A stretch of 64,000 nucleotides of DNA from an uncultured virus (IMG/VR IMGVR_UViG_3300042863_002994) (Duplodnaviria > Heunggongvirae > Uroviricota > Caudoviricetes): IMG/VR virus record IMGVR_UViG_3300042863_002994; one strand, 5' to 3'. Within the stretch, counting starts at the first letter, position 1. Every line of letters starts with the position of its first letter. Of the stretch, positions 18,856 to 28,945 are shown in pieces. The notes under the pieces were generated by a model. It did not search any database. It saw nothing but the letters and a program-made list of their open reading frames with translations, and was not told where the DNA came from. The translations under genes were made by a program, and so were the position numbers.

Positions 18856-19377
18856 TTATAAATGAAAATATAATCCCCATCCTAAGTCATATTCATTTGT
18901 GTCCTTTTTTTCCCAATTGGAAATATATCGCATCATAAACTCATATATTTTATCTTTTGGTGTTCCTGTAGCACCTATACAATATTCAATATTTTTATTC
19001 AAGTCTTTTAAAATCCAAATAACTCTTGCAAATACATCTATTGATTCATCATTATTAGTTCTGTCATGATAACTATTGTCTAATTCAGAGTTAAATAAGC
19101 TAAATCCAATGTGCCATATATCATCTATAGGTTCCTTTATTAAATCAATTCGATACTCAATATTTGACTTAGAGTTAAACTTTATAAGCACTCTTCTATT
19201 GTTATCTTCTATAATGGAATATGGTGTAACTCTTCCCTCAAAAATCTCTTCTTTAATATTTAAAAATTTAGGCAATCCACCATTTGTATATATTTCATTT
19301 TTCCTATCAAGCCTAGTAGTATTATACTTCTCAGTATATCTCTTATAATCTTCTATACGAACTAATACTTTATTCAT
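18856..19377 (-). CDS. Hypothetical protein (GWGLYF family)
   Basis: Paralog of 2..280. Confidence 0.7.
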   Translation of the reverse strand: MNKVLVRIEDYKRYTEKYNTTRLDRKNEIYTNGGLPKFLNIKEEIFEGRVTPYSIIEDNNRRVLIKFNSKSNIEYRIDLIKEPIDDIWHIGFSLFNSELDNSYHDRTNNDESIDVFARVIWILKDLNKNIEYCIGATGTPKDKIYEFMMRYISNWEKKDTNEYDLGWGLYFHL

Positions 19378-19468
19378 TTTTTATTTTATAATGTTTTTAA
19401 CAAAGTCTTTAAACTTAGTACCTGTAATAAGAGATAGTTTTATTTCTCTTACATTAGACGTATCGACA

Positions 19469-19684
19469 TCATAACACCACCAAATAAATTTCCATTGAAT
19501 CAATTTTAGAATCTCTGATATAAGAAATTATAGAAAAAGATGAATTTATTTCTGGTAACTCATAATGAGAAACTTTAGAAATAATTTCATCTTTAATTCT
19601 TTCTTCTTTGAAAGTGTATCCTAATAGAGTAATTTTTGATTGATTAATTAATTCAAATAAATATTCCGCATTAACGAAACTCAT
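19469..19684 (-). CDS. Small hypothetical protein, probably frameshifted
   Basis: IRDSKIDS motif; shifted frame continues ..YDVDTSNVREIKLSLITG.. to a stop at 19381. Confidence 0.55.
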   Translation of the reverse strand: MSFVNAEYLFELINQSKITLLGYTFKEERIKDEIISKVSHYELPEINSSFSIISYIRDSKIDSMEIYLVVL

Positions 19685-20232
19685 TTTTTCCGTATCTGTG
19701 AGAATGTAAGATCAACTGGAGTGGATCTTCCAAAGATATAAACATCTAACTTTACTTTTTCTTTTTCCTCATCTATTTTTTGAATTATTCCTTTAAATGA
19801 AGAGAAGGCTCCATCAATGACATCTACCTCTTCCCCTATGAAATATATGTCGGACATTTTTTTATCATCGGTTACTTTCTGAGATTTAATTATTTGTTCG
19901 ATTTCTCTTTTTTTCATTGGAGATATAGATCCATCTCTTGTTCTTACAAATCCTGGAGTTCCATCAATTGTTTTAAGAATTCTTGCCATTTCGCCAATTG
20001 CACTTGTTTCTATGAAGATGTATCCGGGATAAAGTGCTTTTTCTTTTAGAATCTTTTTCCCATTTTTTGAAGATAATATCTTTTCAGTTGGCACCATTAT
20101 TTGTGAAACAAGATTTGTCAAATTATTTGATTCAATTTCTTTTATTATTCGTTCTTTTACTTTATTTTCAACGTTATTCATGGTTCTAACCACATACCAA
20201 TTCATTCCTTCTTTTAAAATTTTTTCTTCCAT
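19681..20232 (-). CDS. nusG: Transcription termination/antitermination factor NusG
   Basis: WYVV..E..V, YPGYIF, KOW GEEVDVIDGAFSSF, IFGRSTPV. Confidence 0.95.
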   Translation of the reverse strand: MEEKILKEGMNWYVVRTMNNVENKVKERIIKEIESNNLTNLVSQIMVPTEKILSSKNGKKILKEKALYPGYIFIETSAIGEMARILKTIDGTPGFVRTRDGSISPMKKREIEQIIKSQKVTDDKKMSDIYFIGEEVDVIDGAFSSFKGIIQKIDEEKEKVKLDVYIFGRSTPVDLTFSQIRKK

Positions 20233-20244
20233 TTTTTATTGTGT

Positions 20245-20646
20245 TTATTTGTTTTTAGAATTAAACCATTTAAGTTCTTCTTTTATTATTTCGGGAAAGT
20301 GATCTATTAGATAGATCAAATCTTCTTCTTTATTTATATTCAATTTTGCCATTAAAAGTTTAAAATCTTTTTCCGATATTTCTGTTTTTTCTATTTTTTG
20401 TGATTTTGACCAGAACCATTGTGGATAATTTTTACCATCTTGAAAATAAAACCAAAGATTCATAACAGAAACTGAATCTATATTTTTTATATTACATATC
20501 TCAGAGTATTCTGGATACATTTTAGAAAAAAGTCTATTTACTATAAATGAAAATTCTTCTTTTTGATCATCTGTGACCCATTTCCAATTCTCACGGTTCT
20601 TAAACATGCAGTTTGTTATTTGCAAAAGATTATTATCTATTTTCAT
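20245..20646 (-). CDS. Hypothetical protein, possibly clamp-loader small subunit (gp62-like)
   Basis: FIVNRLFS..N..W pattern next to a replication gene; weak resemblance only. Confidence 0.35.
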   Translation of the reverse strand: MKIDNNLLQITNCMFKNRENWKWVTDDQKEEFSFIVNRLFSKMYPEYSEICNIKNIDSVSVMNLWFYFQDGKNYPQWFWSKSQKIEKTEISEKDFKLLMAKLNINKEEDLIYLIDHFPEIIKEELKWFNSKNK

Positions 20647-20653
20647 TCTTAAT

Positions 20654-21619
20654 TTAAACTGAATAATACACGTTCTTCATTTTTGCAATTATTTCCTCGG
20701 GAATATTTGATAGTCTTAGATCTATTATATGCACATTATTTTTTATACTATCAATTATAAATGGCATTTTATTTCTAGATATTTTCTTTTTTTCTATGAT
20801 AATATCTGCGAAATTTTCATATATATCTGGATCATTTAAATCAGGTTCTCCAAACTCTTCTGAATATTTTATTATTATGGATTGTGCTCCTTTAATTCCT
20901 ATTCCTCTTATATTACCACTCTTATCTCTGCTTTGAAAAACAGATTTTATATTATCTGATATATCCCCTGATATTACTTTTATCATGAAAGAATTTGTAG
21001 GATCAACTTCTTCTATTTCATATTTTACTTCAATAGTCTTAAAAAGGTTTAAAAAATCACTATTATCATTTAAATTGAAAATATCATCATTTGGTAATTT
21101 TTTAATAGAATCAATATACAACTTCCAATTTTTTGGCAAAAATGCTTTTCCGTGATTTTGCATTTCATTTGTCATCAAATTTATAAATCCGTTATTAATG
21201 TCATATCTTATTAGTTGCTTTATATCATGGTCATTTGATATCACCAGATTAGATTCGCCTTTTTTATTTGTAATATCAATTAAAAATGATATCCAATCAT
21301 CACCCTCTACATTAGGACACTCTACAACTTTTACATTTGTGTTTTTTTTGAACTCTGAATATGTATCATATACAAATTGCCAATCTATATCTGAATCCTT
21401 TTTTCTTTTTGCTTTATATTCTTTATATACGTCTTTTCTCCAAGACTTTTCTTTTGAGTCTGAAACAAGATATATTCTCTTAAAGGGAAATATCTTTTTA
21501 TAATTTGAAATTGTGTTCTCAAGAGATGTGTGAAGTGCGCCATACAAAAGATTGTTTTTGTGTAGAGTATAAACCAACTTTGATAAGATATAATTTCCAT
21601 CTATTAATAGATTTAACAT
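20654..21619 (-). CDS. 5'-3' exonuclease / T4 RNase H-like flap nuclease
   Basis: LIDGN, WRK..Y.EYKAKR, EGDD, SNDHD, GD.SDNI, GIG.K. Confidence 0.9.
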   Translation of the reverse strand: MLNLLIDGNYILSKLVYTLHKNNLLYGALHTSLENTISNYKKIFPFKRIYLVSDSKEKSWRKDVYKEYKAKRKKDSDIDWQFVYDTYSEFKKNTNVKVVECPNVEGDDWISFLIDITNKKGESNLVISNDHDIKQLIRYDINNGFINLMTNEMQNHGKAFLPKNWKLYIDSIKKLPNDDIFNLNDNSDFLNLFKTIEVKYEIEEVDPTNSFMIKVISGDISDNIKSVFQSRDKSGNIRGIGIKGAQSIIIKYSEEFGEPDLNDPDIYENFADIIIEKKKISRNKMPFIIDSIKNNVHIIDLRLSNIPEEIIAKMKNVYYSV

Positions 21620-21694
21620 TTATTTACAATATTTTTTTAATTATATTCTTTATTGTAAATTTAGTTGATTTATTAAAAATTAAATATATCTCAC

Positions 21695-21871
21695 TCAGTG
21701 TTTTTGAGAATCTTCTCTATCAAAATCTTCATTGATGATTCCAGCAATTATTAAAGCGAAAAATAATATAACCCATAGTGGCATATCTATCCCACACAAA
21801 AAAAATACCATCCATAATATCAAATAGATTACAAAACTATCAAATGAAAATCCTAAAAATTTTTCTAACAT
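21695..21871 (-). CDS. Small membrane protein (58 aa, not in ORF track)
   Basis: MLEKFLGFSFDSFVIYLILWMVFFLCGIDMPLWVILFFALIIAGII..; two hydrophobic segments. Confidence 0.55.
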   Translation of the reverse strand: MLEKFLGFSFDSFVIYLILWMVFFLCGIDMPLWVILFFALIIAGIINEDFDREDSQKH

Positions 21872-21894
21872 ATCTTATATTTTTTTTACAATAA

Positions 21895-22605
21895 TTAACT
21901 ATTTGCCAATTTAAAAGGTTTTAGAAATTCTCTTAAAAATACGTTTCTTTCGCCACCAATTTTGTCCATCCATTTAACTTTATTTTCTTCATTATCTGAT
22001 TCCCACTTAGATAAGGTTGCTTCATTTGGAATATGATTTATTTCCCATGAATATGGAGTTTTTTCAAAATTAGGATATAGCTTAGTATTAAAAACTCTTT
22101 CATCTGCAATAAATGCTATGGCGGTTATTGTATCATTCAAATCTGGTTCGCGAAATATTGATAATGGAATACCATTATCAATTAATAGTTTTAAGTTGAT
22201 TTGCATTGTACCAAGTCTATCTTTATTTTCATTAGTTGTTCCACCATTTAGTATAATGCTAGTTTTCCAATCTCTGGCCCATTTGATATATTGTTGCAAC
22301 AATTCGGGATTATATCTCACCATCTCACCATATTCAGTTACCGCGTGTTGGAACTGAATACCAGTTTGAATACCACTCAATTGATAATTTACTAATCCAT
22401 ACATTCTAAGTTCTAAAAATTCCTCAACCTTACGTGGTACTGAATTCACTTTGTGTGGGGTAACACTTAGTATTTCTAAAAACTGGGTTTCATTAACTAA
22501 GTTTAAGTGGAATTTAATATAACTATCGTCACCATCATCCCAGAATTTTGGATTATAAGGTCTTACATTATATAATAATGACCATTCGTATGCTGTTTGC
22601 TTCAT
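21895..22605 (-). CDS. Phage PTH2-like peptidyl-tRNA hydrolase family protein
   Basis: IQFQHA, IILNGG, FREPDLN..ITAIAF. Confidence 0.6.
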   Translation of the reverse strand: MKQTAYEWSLLYNVRPYNPKFWDDGDDSYIKFHLNLVNETQFLEILSVTPHKVNSVPRKVEEFLELRMYGLVNYQLSGIQTGIQFQHAVTEYGEMVRYNPELLQQYIKWARDWKTSIILNGGTTNENKDRLGTMQINLKLLIDNGIPLSIFREPDLNDTITAIAFIADERVFNTKLYPNFEKTPYSWEINHIPNEATLSKWESDNEENKVKWMDKIGGERNVFLREFLKPFKLANS

Positions 22606-22656
22606 AGTTGAATTTTTAGTTTATTTTTAACAAATATATAAATAAATTTTAATATT

Positions 22657-23199
22657 TTAATTTAAAATTTGCAATAATCTTATCTCTCTATATAAGTTCG
22701 AAAAATCTTCCCTTATTTCTATACAAAATTCATAATAACTTTGGCTGTTATACCAATCATGAGTTTCTTTCTGAACAACTGAATTTATCTGATCATATTT
22801 TTCTTTTATTAAATCGAAACAATCATAATTTTTACAATATTTAACCATATTTTCGATAAGGTCAAAATTATTTGACTTAAAAGAAAAGTAGAAATCAAAA
22901 TCGACATAATTTCCTAAATAATTTTCTATATTCAATTTGTGAAAGTCTTCATCAATATATTTATATTTAGGATTGGAAAAAATAGGAGATATCAAGTAGA
23001 ACTCATCTTTTTCATCGATAAGTTTTACTATCAAAATCACTTCTTTTCTTATTTGTTTTGATAGATATATGAATAGAGTTTCATTTCTTTCAGCGCATAT
23101 TGGAATCCATACCACTTTCTTATAATAGATAGTGGATTTTGATATTTTCCAATTTGGATTATCAATAAATTTATCTACTAATTTCCCAAATGAATTCAT
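22657..23199 (-). CDS. Hypothetical protein with C-terminal YREIRLLQILN
   Basis: ORF plus motif. Confidence 0.7.
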   Translation of the reverse strand: MNSFGKLVDKFIDNPNWKISKSTIYYKKVVWIPICAERNETLFIYLSKQIRKEVILIVKLIDEKDEFYLISPIFSNPKYKYIDEDFHKLNIENYLGNYVDFDFYFSFKSNNFDLIENMVKYCKNYDCFDLIKEKYDQINSVVQKETHDWYNSQSYYEFCIEIREDFSNLYREIRLLQILN

Positions 23200-23536
23200 C
23201 TATTTCTTTTGAAAATAATTTATTTAAACCTCTTATTAGATTTTGATTATCTTTTTCTCTTAATCCAAAAGTTTGTGATTTCGTCTTCGAATCTCTCCAA
23301 TTATAACCTTTATTGGGAGAATATTTAGATTTATGCCTTGTATCAAACTTTGTTGTAGATGTTTTCTTTAAGTATATATAACTTGTATGTAAGATAAATG
23401 ATGTCCAGTCAATATTATATTGATCTCCATTTGAATTAAAGGTATACCACCAACGAAAAAGATTCAACTTTTTAATTCTTTTTTTATAGATTCTATCAGC
23501 ATGATGTTTTCTTTCATGCCACCCTGGCTTTGACAT
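23171..23536 (-). CDS. Basic hypothetical protein
   Basis: 121-aa ORF. Confidence 0.6.
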   Translation of the reverse strand: MSKPGWHERKHHADRIYKKRIKKLNLFRWWYTFNSNGDQYNIDWTSFILHTSYIYLKKTSTTKFDTRHKSKYSPNKGYNWRDSKTKSQTFGLREKDNQNLIRGLNKLFSKEIDEFIWEISR

Positions 23537-23560
23537 AATTAAAAATTTCTAAAATTTTTT

Positions 23561-24898
23561 CTAGCATTTTTTCAACAATTCTTCTAAATCTTTAATATAC
23601 ATTTCTTTTGTATCCATTTTATCAATTGAATCCAATTCTTCCCTCTTTGATACAATTTCATTTTGTAACTTTTCATACATTTCTTTTGTAAGAGAATATA
23701 TTGGCATTCTTAATAAGTAATCATAAGAATCATCAACTAATTCAAATTTATTTGATTCCAATTTTTTTATTATATCTGATTTAGCAACATTGTTTACTTT
23801 TAATTTACCATCAATTATCAAACTTATGAATTTTATCCTATTTTCTATTATAGTTATTTCCTTTTTAATCTTAATCAACATCAATTCCTTTCTTTTTTCA
23901 TAAAACGTTAATCGAAAATTAATAAAATATTCAAATATCTCATTTATAGAAGAAAATAATCTTAATTTTCCCCTATGATCCAAAGCAGTTAAATTTTCAG
24001 TTTGAGATTCTTCTAATTTTAAAAGCTTTATAATATCATCCTGTGATAAATTATCCAATTCGCCTCTTTTAAACTTAATAACATAGTTTATACTATCCTT
24101 ACAATTATCATCATAAGATGATATCTTATTTTCCTCTACCAGTTTATCAAGATGCAATTCATACTTTTCATAAGTCATTGATGGTGGAAGTTCAGTTATT
24201 ATTAATGTATTTGAATTCTTTATTGTAAACTTTCCCCTTATGATCCATCTTAAAGGATTTTCCTTATCTTCTATCCAATCTCCAGTGAATGAATTAAGAT
24301 AGGGATTTATAATAGATATTTTTTTACCATCAAGAATTTTTTGACAATTTTTTATAACATCTTTTATATTTCTATTAAGTATGTTTGCTGCAAACCCAAC
24401 TGCTATTCCCTGAGTTCCATTTACTAATATCATCGGTATAACAGGAAGAAAATGATAAGGCTCTATTTCTTCACCTTCTTCTATCTTATAGTCCAATAGA
24501 TCACTATCTTTATAAATCATATTAAAATATTTAGATAGTTTAGTACCGATATATCTTGGTGCACCAGATTCAGTAGATCTTAAAGATCCGAATTGTCCAT
24601 CCTCTTCTAAAAGTGGTGCATTATTTTTAAATTTCTGAGCTAAGTTTATTATAGCATTATCCAAACTAGTACTGCCATGATGATAGAAACTTTCAGATGC
24701 CACTTTACCAGATAACTGGAACACCTTTAAAGTCTTTTCATTTCCTGTTTTCCAAGTTCTTGATGCAACATGAATTATTTTTCTTTGGCTTATTTTTAAG
24801 CCATCTATTGCTGATGCAATAGCTCTGCTTTCAATCGAGTAAAATGCAAATTCTTTATATTCATTTGATAAAAATTCAGTTATTGTTTTATTTCTCAT
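23561..24898 (-). CDS. Type II DNA topoisomerase, breakage-reunion subunit (T4 gp52/GyrA-like)
   Basis: DGLK.SQRK, YHHGS, GQFGS, APRYI catalytic Tyr, LVNG..GIAVGFA. Confidence 0.95.
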   Translation of the reverse strand: MRNKTITEFLSNEYKEFAFYSIESRAIASAIDGLKISQRKIIHVASRTWKTGNEKTLKVFQLSGKVASESFYHHGSTSLDNAIINLAQKFKNNAPLLEEDGQFGSLRSTESGAPRYIGTKLSKYFNMIYKDSDLLDYKIEEGEEIEPYHFLPVIPMILVNGTQGIAVGFAANILNRNIKDVIKNCQKILDGKKISIINPYLNSFTGDWIEDKENPLRWIIRGKFTIKNSNTLIITELPPSMTYEKYELHLDKLVEENKISSYDDNCKDSINYVIKFKRGELDNLSQDDIIKLLKLEESQTENLTALDHRGKLRLFSSINEIFEYFINFRLTFYEKRKELMLIKIKKEITIIENRIKFISLIIDGKLKVNNVAKSDIIKKLESNKFELVDDSYDYLLRMPIYSLTKEMYEKLQNEIVSKREELDSIDKMDTKEMYIKDLEELLKKC

Positions 24899-24949
24899 TC
24901 AGGTAAAAATTTTCTTTCTATATATACTAAAAAATTTCCTTTACATTAA

Positions 24950-26791
24950 ATGAAAAAAATAGAAGAAAAATATAAAGTACTTAATCATATCGATCACATA
25001 CTTCTTAGGCCGCAGACCTATTTGGGATCAAATAAACCACATACACAAATAAAATGGATTCACATAGATAATAAAATGATTAAAAAGGAAGTGACATATG
25101 TGCCTTCTTTCTTAAAGATATTCGATGAGTTAATAACAAATTCTGTAGATGAAAGTAAAAGAAATTTAAAATTAAATAAAATAGAAGTTAATGTAGATAA
25201 GAAATCTGGAATAATATATGTCAGAGATAATGGTGGAATTCCTGTTGTTATACACAAAGAACATGGGAAATATGTTCCTGAAGTCATTTTCGGAAATTTA
25301 ATGTCTGGAAGTAATTATAACGATGATGAATCAAGAATCGGTGCTGGAACCAATGGATATGGCGCAAAATTGACGAATGTTTTCTCAAAACAATTTATCA
25401 TATCAACTTGTGATGGTAAAAAACATTTTACTCAAACCTTCACCAACAATATGAGAGAAAGAGACGAACCAGTAATTAAAAATAGTAAAATAAATTTTAC
25501 ACAAATTTCATATTTACCTGACTATGAAAAATTTGGATTAAATGGAATTGATGATGATCATTTTTTACTTATCAAAAAAAGAGTTATAGATATCGCTGGA
25601 TGCAACTCAAATTTAAGTATTTATTTTAATGGAGAAATTATTGATATTAAAAGCTTTGAAGATTATATGAATCTCTATAAAGCATCATCAATATATCAAA
25701 CAAACAAAGAAAATACTTGGTCTTTTGGAATTACAAGTTCAGAAGAAGGATTTCAACAAGTAAGCTTTGCAAATTCAACTGATACCTATGATGGAGGCAC
25801 ACATTTAGATTACATAACAAATCAAATATTATCAAAAATAAGAGAATTCATAAAGAAAAAATGGAAAACAGACGTTAAGCCTTCTGAAATAAAAAATCAC
25901 ATTTTCATATTCTTAAACTCAACTATTGTGAATCCTGCATTCTCATCACAAACAAAAGAAAAATTAATAACAGAAGTAAAGGATTTTGGATTTGATTTTG
26001 AGATTTCTGATAAAACAATGAATCTAATACTAAAATCAGATATAATATCATCTATATCCGATTGGCTAGAGAAAAAGAAAGTCGCAGATGACAATAAACT
26101 TACAAGACAATTAAATAAACAGATATCAAATGTAAAAGTTGATAAACTAATAGATGCCAAAGGCAAAGATCGTTGGAAATGTTCTATAGGTATATATGAG
26201 GGTGATTCAGCTGCGGGATCCTTTAGAAAATATAGAGACTCTACTACAATGGGCGCATTCGCCCTAAAAGGTAAATTCATAAACGTATCTGATATAAGCA
26301 ATGTTAAATTGGCTTCAAATAAAGAAGCAGTTGATCTTATGTCAGCAATTGGTTTAAAATTAGGAGGAGGTATAAATCTAAAAGATTTAAGGTATGGTAG
26401 GATATTGATTTATACTGATGCTGATACTGATGGTAACCATATAGCATCACTTCTTATAAATTTCTTTTATGCTTATTGGCCTGAACTATTTGAAAGAAAT
26501 ATGATTTATAAAGTTGAAACACCGATTGTAGTAGCAGAAGAAAGAAAGAATAAGAAAAATAAAAAAATGTTTTATTCTCAAACTGAATACGATAATTGGG
26601 TAAATAAAATAAATACTCAAAATTGGGAAATAAAATATAAAAAAGGATTGGCAGCATTGGTTGATGACGAATACAATGAAATAATAAATAATCCTAAACT
26701 ACTTTCCATAACTAAAGATGATCTCTCAAGAGAAAGTCTGAATATATGGTTTGGAAAAGATTCCGATCTACGAAAAAAGGAATTGATCTAA
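24950..26791 (+). CDS. Type II DNA topoisomerase, ATPase-TOPRIM subunit (gp39+60/GyrB-like)
   Basis: HILLRP.TY, E.ITNSVD, GTNGYGAK, EGDSA, LKGK, DADTDG.HI, KGL. Confidence 0.95.
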   Translation: MKKIEEKYKVLNHIDHILLRPQTYLGSNKPHTQIKWIHIDNKMIKKEVTYVPSFLKIFDELITNSVDESKRNLKLNKIEVNVDKKSGIIYVRDNGGIPVVIHKEHGKYVPEVIFGNLMSGSNYNDDESRIGAGTNGYGAKLTNVFSKQFIISTCDGKKHFTQTFTNNMRERDEPVIKNSKINFTQISYLPDYEKFGLNGIDDDHFLLIKKRVIDIAGCNSNLSIYFNGEIIDIKSFEDYMNLYKASSIYQTNKENTWSFGITSSEEGFQQVSFANSTDTYDGGTHLDYITNQILSKIREFIKKKWKTDVKPSEIKNHIFIFLNSTIVNPAFSSQTKEKLITEVKDFGFDFEISDKTMNLILKSDIISSISDWLEKKKVADDNKLTRQLNKQISNVKVDKLIDAKGKDRWKCSIGIYEGDSAAGSFRKYRDSTTMGAFALKGKFINVSDISNVKLASNKEAVDLMSAIGLKLGGGINLKDLRYGRILIYTDADTDGNHIASLLINFFYAYWPELFERNMIYKVETPIVVAEERKNKKNKKMFYSQTEYDNWVNKINTQNWEIKYKKGLAALVDDEYNEIINNPKLLSITKDDLSRESLNIWFGKDSDLRKKELI

Positions 26792-26843
26792 ACTGATGAA
26801 GGTATGGTGGATGACAGGATCATTCCAATATTTCGAGAACTAA

Positions 26844-26882
26844 AAACCCGACTTTCTTTTAAAAAGTCGGGTTTAATTTTTT
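26844..26882. terminator. Intrinsic terminator between convergent genes
   Basis: AAACCCGACTTT-loop-AAAGTCGGGTTT followed by a T-rich tail. Confidence 0.8.
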
Positions 26883-26909
26883 ATTTTGGGGTTCTATCTA
26901 AATGTTTAA

Positions 26910-27326
26910 TTATGAAAACTCCACTACTTCAATTTCAAAAACCATATTTTTTCCCGATAGTGGATGGTTAGCATCTATCACAACGGTTTCTTCATTTATC
27001 GAAACAACTGTAACATTGAATGGTTGTCCATCTTGTCCGACTCCTTGAAGTTGAGCACCTTCTTCAACATCCAAAGGTACTTGATTTCTAGGAACGGTCA
27101 TTATAAGTTCTTCTCTTACTGGACCATAACCTTGTTCTGGGTTTATAATAACTTCTGTTTTATCACCAACTTGTAGTCCGATTACAGCATTTTCAAATCC
27201 TGGTATTACTTGACCAGATCCAACTTCAAATTCAATTGGTTGGCGACCAACAGATGAGTCAAATATTTGATTATCTTCTAATTTTCCTGTATAGTGTACT
27301 TTAACGGTATTTCCTTTTTGTATCAT
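26910..27326 (-). CDS. slyD: FKBP-type peptidyl-prolyl isomerase (SlyD/SlpA-like)
   Basis: VHYTG..FDSS, GQVIPGFE, DANHPLSGK. Confidence 0.9.
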   Translation of the reverse strand: MIQKGNTVKVHYTGKLEDNQIFDSSVGRQPIEFEVGSGQVIPGFENAVIGLQVGDKTEVIINPEQGYGPVREELIMTVPRNQVPLDVEEGAQLQGVGQDGQPFNVTVVSINEETVVIDANHPLSGKNMVFEIEVVEFS

Positions 27327-27392
27327 ATTTATGTATATTTTTTGGTTATAGTATTTTTTAAATAATAAGTTTATGATTTTAATATATAATAT

Positions 27393-27803
27393 ATGAAATT
27401 ATTCAGATATAAATATTTTATAAAAGAATCGAAGATAAATGGCTCAGAATTTAATGAGATAAGATCGCTTATAACTGAAATTGAAGATGAATTTGATCTT
27501 TATGAGGCTTCAAATCCAAGAGATATAAAATTAAATGAATATATTCTTGTTAAATCGGATTTTTTTGAACCATTTTATCACGATAAGTTTGATTTATCAT
27601 TCATAGTCAATTTAAATGATAGATATCCAAATAGGAAAACATTGAAAAGGTTCGATGAGATAAAATCTTATATTTTAGATAAAATAGTACCTATAATAGA
27701 GAAAATGGGATATAAAGTAAAAGCAGAGATTTTAGAAAGTAAAGTTGATTCTTGGAAATTTGTTCCCACTGGAATAAGATTGGATATCACGGAATCAGAT
27801 TAA
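27393..27803 (+). CDS. Hypothetical protein with MKLFRYKYFIKES leader
   Basis: ORF plus leader. Confidence 0.7.
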   Translation: MKLFRYKYFIKESKINGSEFNEIRSLITEIEDEFDLYEASNPRDIKLNEYILVKSDFFEPFYHDKFDLSFIVNLNDRYPNRKTLKRFDEIKSYILDKIVPIIEKMGYKVKAEILESKVDSWKFVPTGIRLDITESD

Positions 27804-28100
27804 TTTGTTTAGATTTCTTTCTCTAAGTCTAATAGATCTCATTTTTTCTAATTCATTATCATTGAATTTACCAACACTCATCATATAATCTTTGTGGTAT
27901 ATCAATCTGCCGTTTTTATAGTTCGCATCAATACAATCATCGCATATTCCTATGGAGAATAGATCTCCATCATTTATTGATCCATATCCAACAGACATCT
28001 CTTCAACTACACCATTATTCCAAAGAATCATTCCTTCTCCTACTTCGAGCGATTCTATTGATATGCCACAACATATGCAGTTAATGAAATCAAAATTCAT
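27795..28100 (-). CDS. Zn-finger-like hypothetical protein with C-terminal LRERNLNKLI
   Basis: CICC..CDDC plus motif. Confidence 0.65.
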   Translation of the reverse strand: MNFDFINCICCGISIESLEVGEGMILWNNGVVEEMSVGYGSINDGDLFSIGICDDCIDANYKNGRLIYHKDYMMSVGKFNDNELEKMRSIRLRERNLNKLI

Positions 28101-28102
28101 AT

Positions 28103-28363
28103 TTAATCTATTAAAAATTCAAGTTTCTTAAATCTATCATCTGTATCAAAAAAAACGATTGATACTTTCTCAAGAGACTTTATTGATTTGGCTTCACCAA
28201 CTATCTCATCAATTAGAACATCATTTTTATAATCTATATCTATAGATGGTTCTTCTCCAAGAAATTTTCTCATATCTCGTTTAATATCAGATAGTTTCCA
28301 ATCGTCTCTTTTGAAGTCAATATTTGAAATATATTCTCTTATAGCGGATTCTTTTAGTGTCAT
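28103..28363 (-). CDS. Hypothetical protein
   Basis: 86-aa ORF. Confidence 0.65.
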   Translation of the reverse strand: MTLKESAIREYISNIDFKRDDWKLSDIKRDMRKFLGEEPSIDIDYKNDVLIDEIVGEAKSIKSLEKVSIVFFDTDDRFKKLEFLID

Positions 28364-28451
28364 AAATGTTTTTTATTTTATATATAATATTGACAATATG
28401 TTGTTTATGAAAACTAAATAAATAAAATATCATATAAAAAATAAAAAATAT

Positions 28452-28670
28452 ATGAATCCTAAAAATTACTATCTTGATATTGATAAGATTAACTCTATGT
28501 ATAAAGAACAGAAAGAAGAGAGAAGTCGAATACATGAATACTATAGAGATATGGTTTATGCTTACTCTGATGGTAGAAAAGATGTTTTTGAAAACTTCTT
28601 CAATACTTTATTAAATGCTGGATTTCTAAAAAATATAAGAGATGAAAAATTAGATCAAATCCTATCATGA
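28452..28670 (+). CDS. Hypothetical protein with C-terminal IRDEKLDQILS
   Basis: ORF plus motif. Confidence 0.7.
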   Translation: MNPKNYYLDIDKINSMYKEQKEERSRIHEYYRDMVYAYSDGRKDVFENFFNTLLNAGFLKNIRDEKLDQILS

Positions 28671-28936
28671 CAATAAGCGCTTCTATAATTGATTACATAG
28701 GAAAATATGAAGGTGGAATATTAGTATCTGTTGGAATTATGTATGATAATAATTTTTACGAAGGAATATTTTATTATACTGAGAATAAAATGATCATAAC
28801 TATTGATAATAAATTGAAAGAAAAAATTGGCGATATAGAATTATATGATGAATATATTCCATTTATGGAATCGATAATAAATAAATTAGAACCATTCAAT
28901 GAGATTAATGATAAGTTAGAAGATTTTAAATTTTAA
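28667..28936 (+). CDS. Hypothetical protein
   Basis: 89 aa, ATGA overlap. Confidence 0.65.
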   Translation: MTISASIIDYIGKYEGGILVSVGIMYDNNFYEGIFYYTENKMIITIDNKLKEKIGDIELYDEYIPFMESIINKLEPFNEINDKLEDFKF

Positions 28937-28945
28937 TTATTACAA

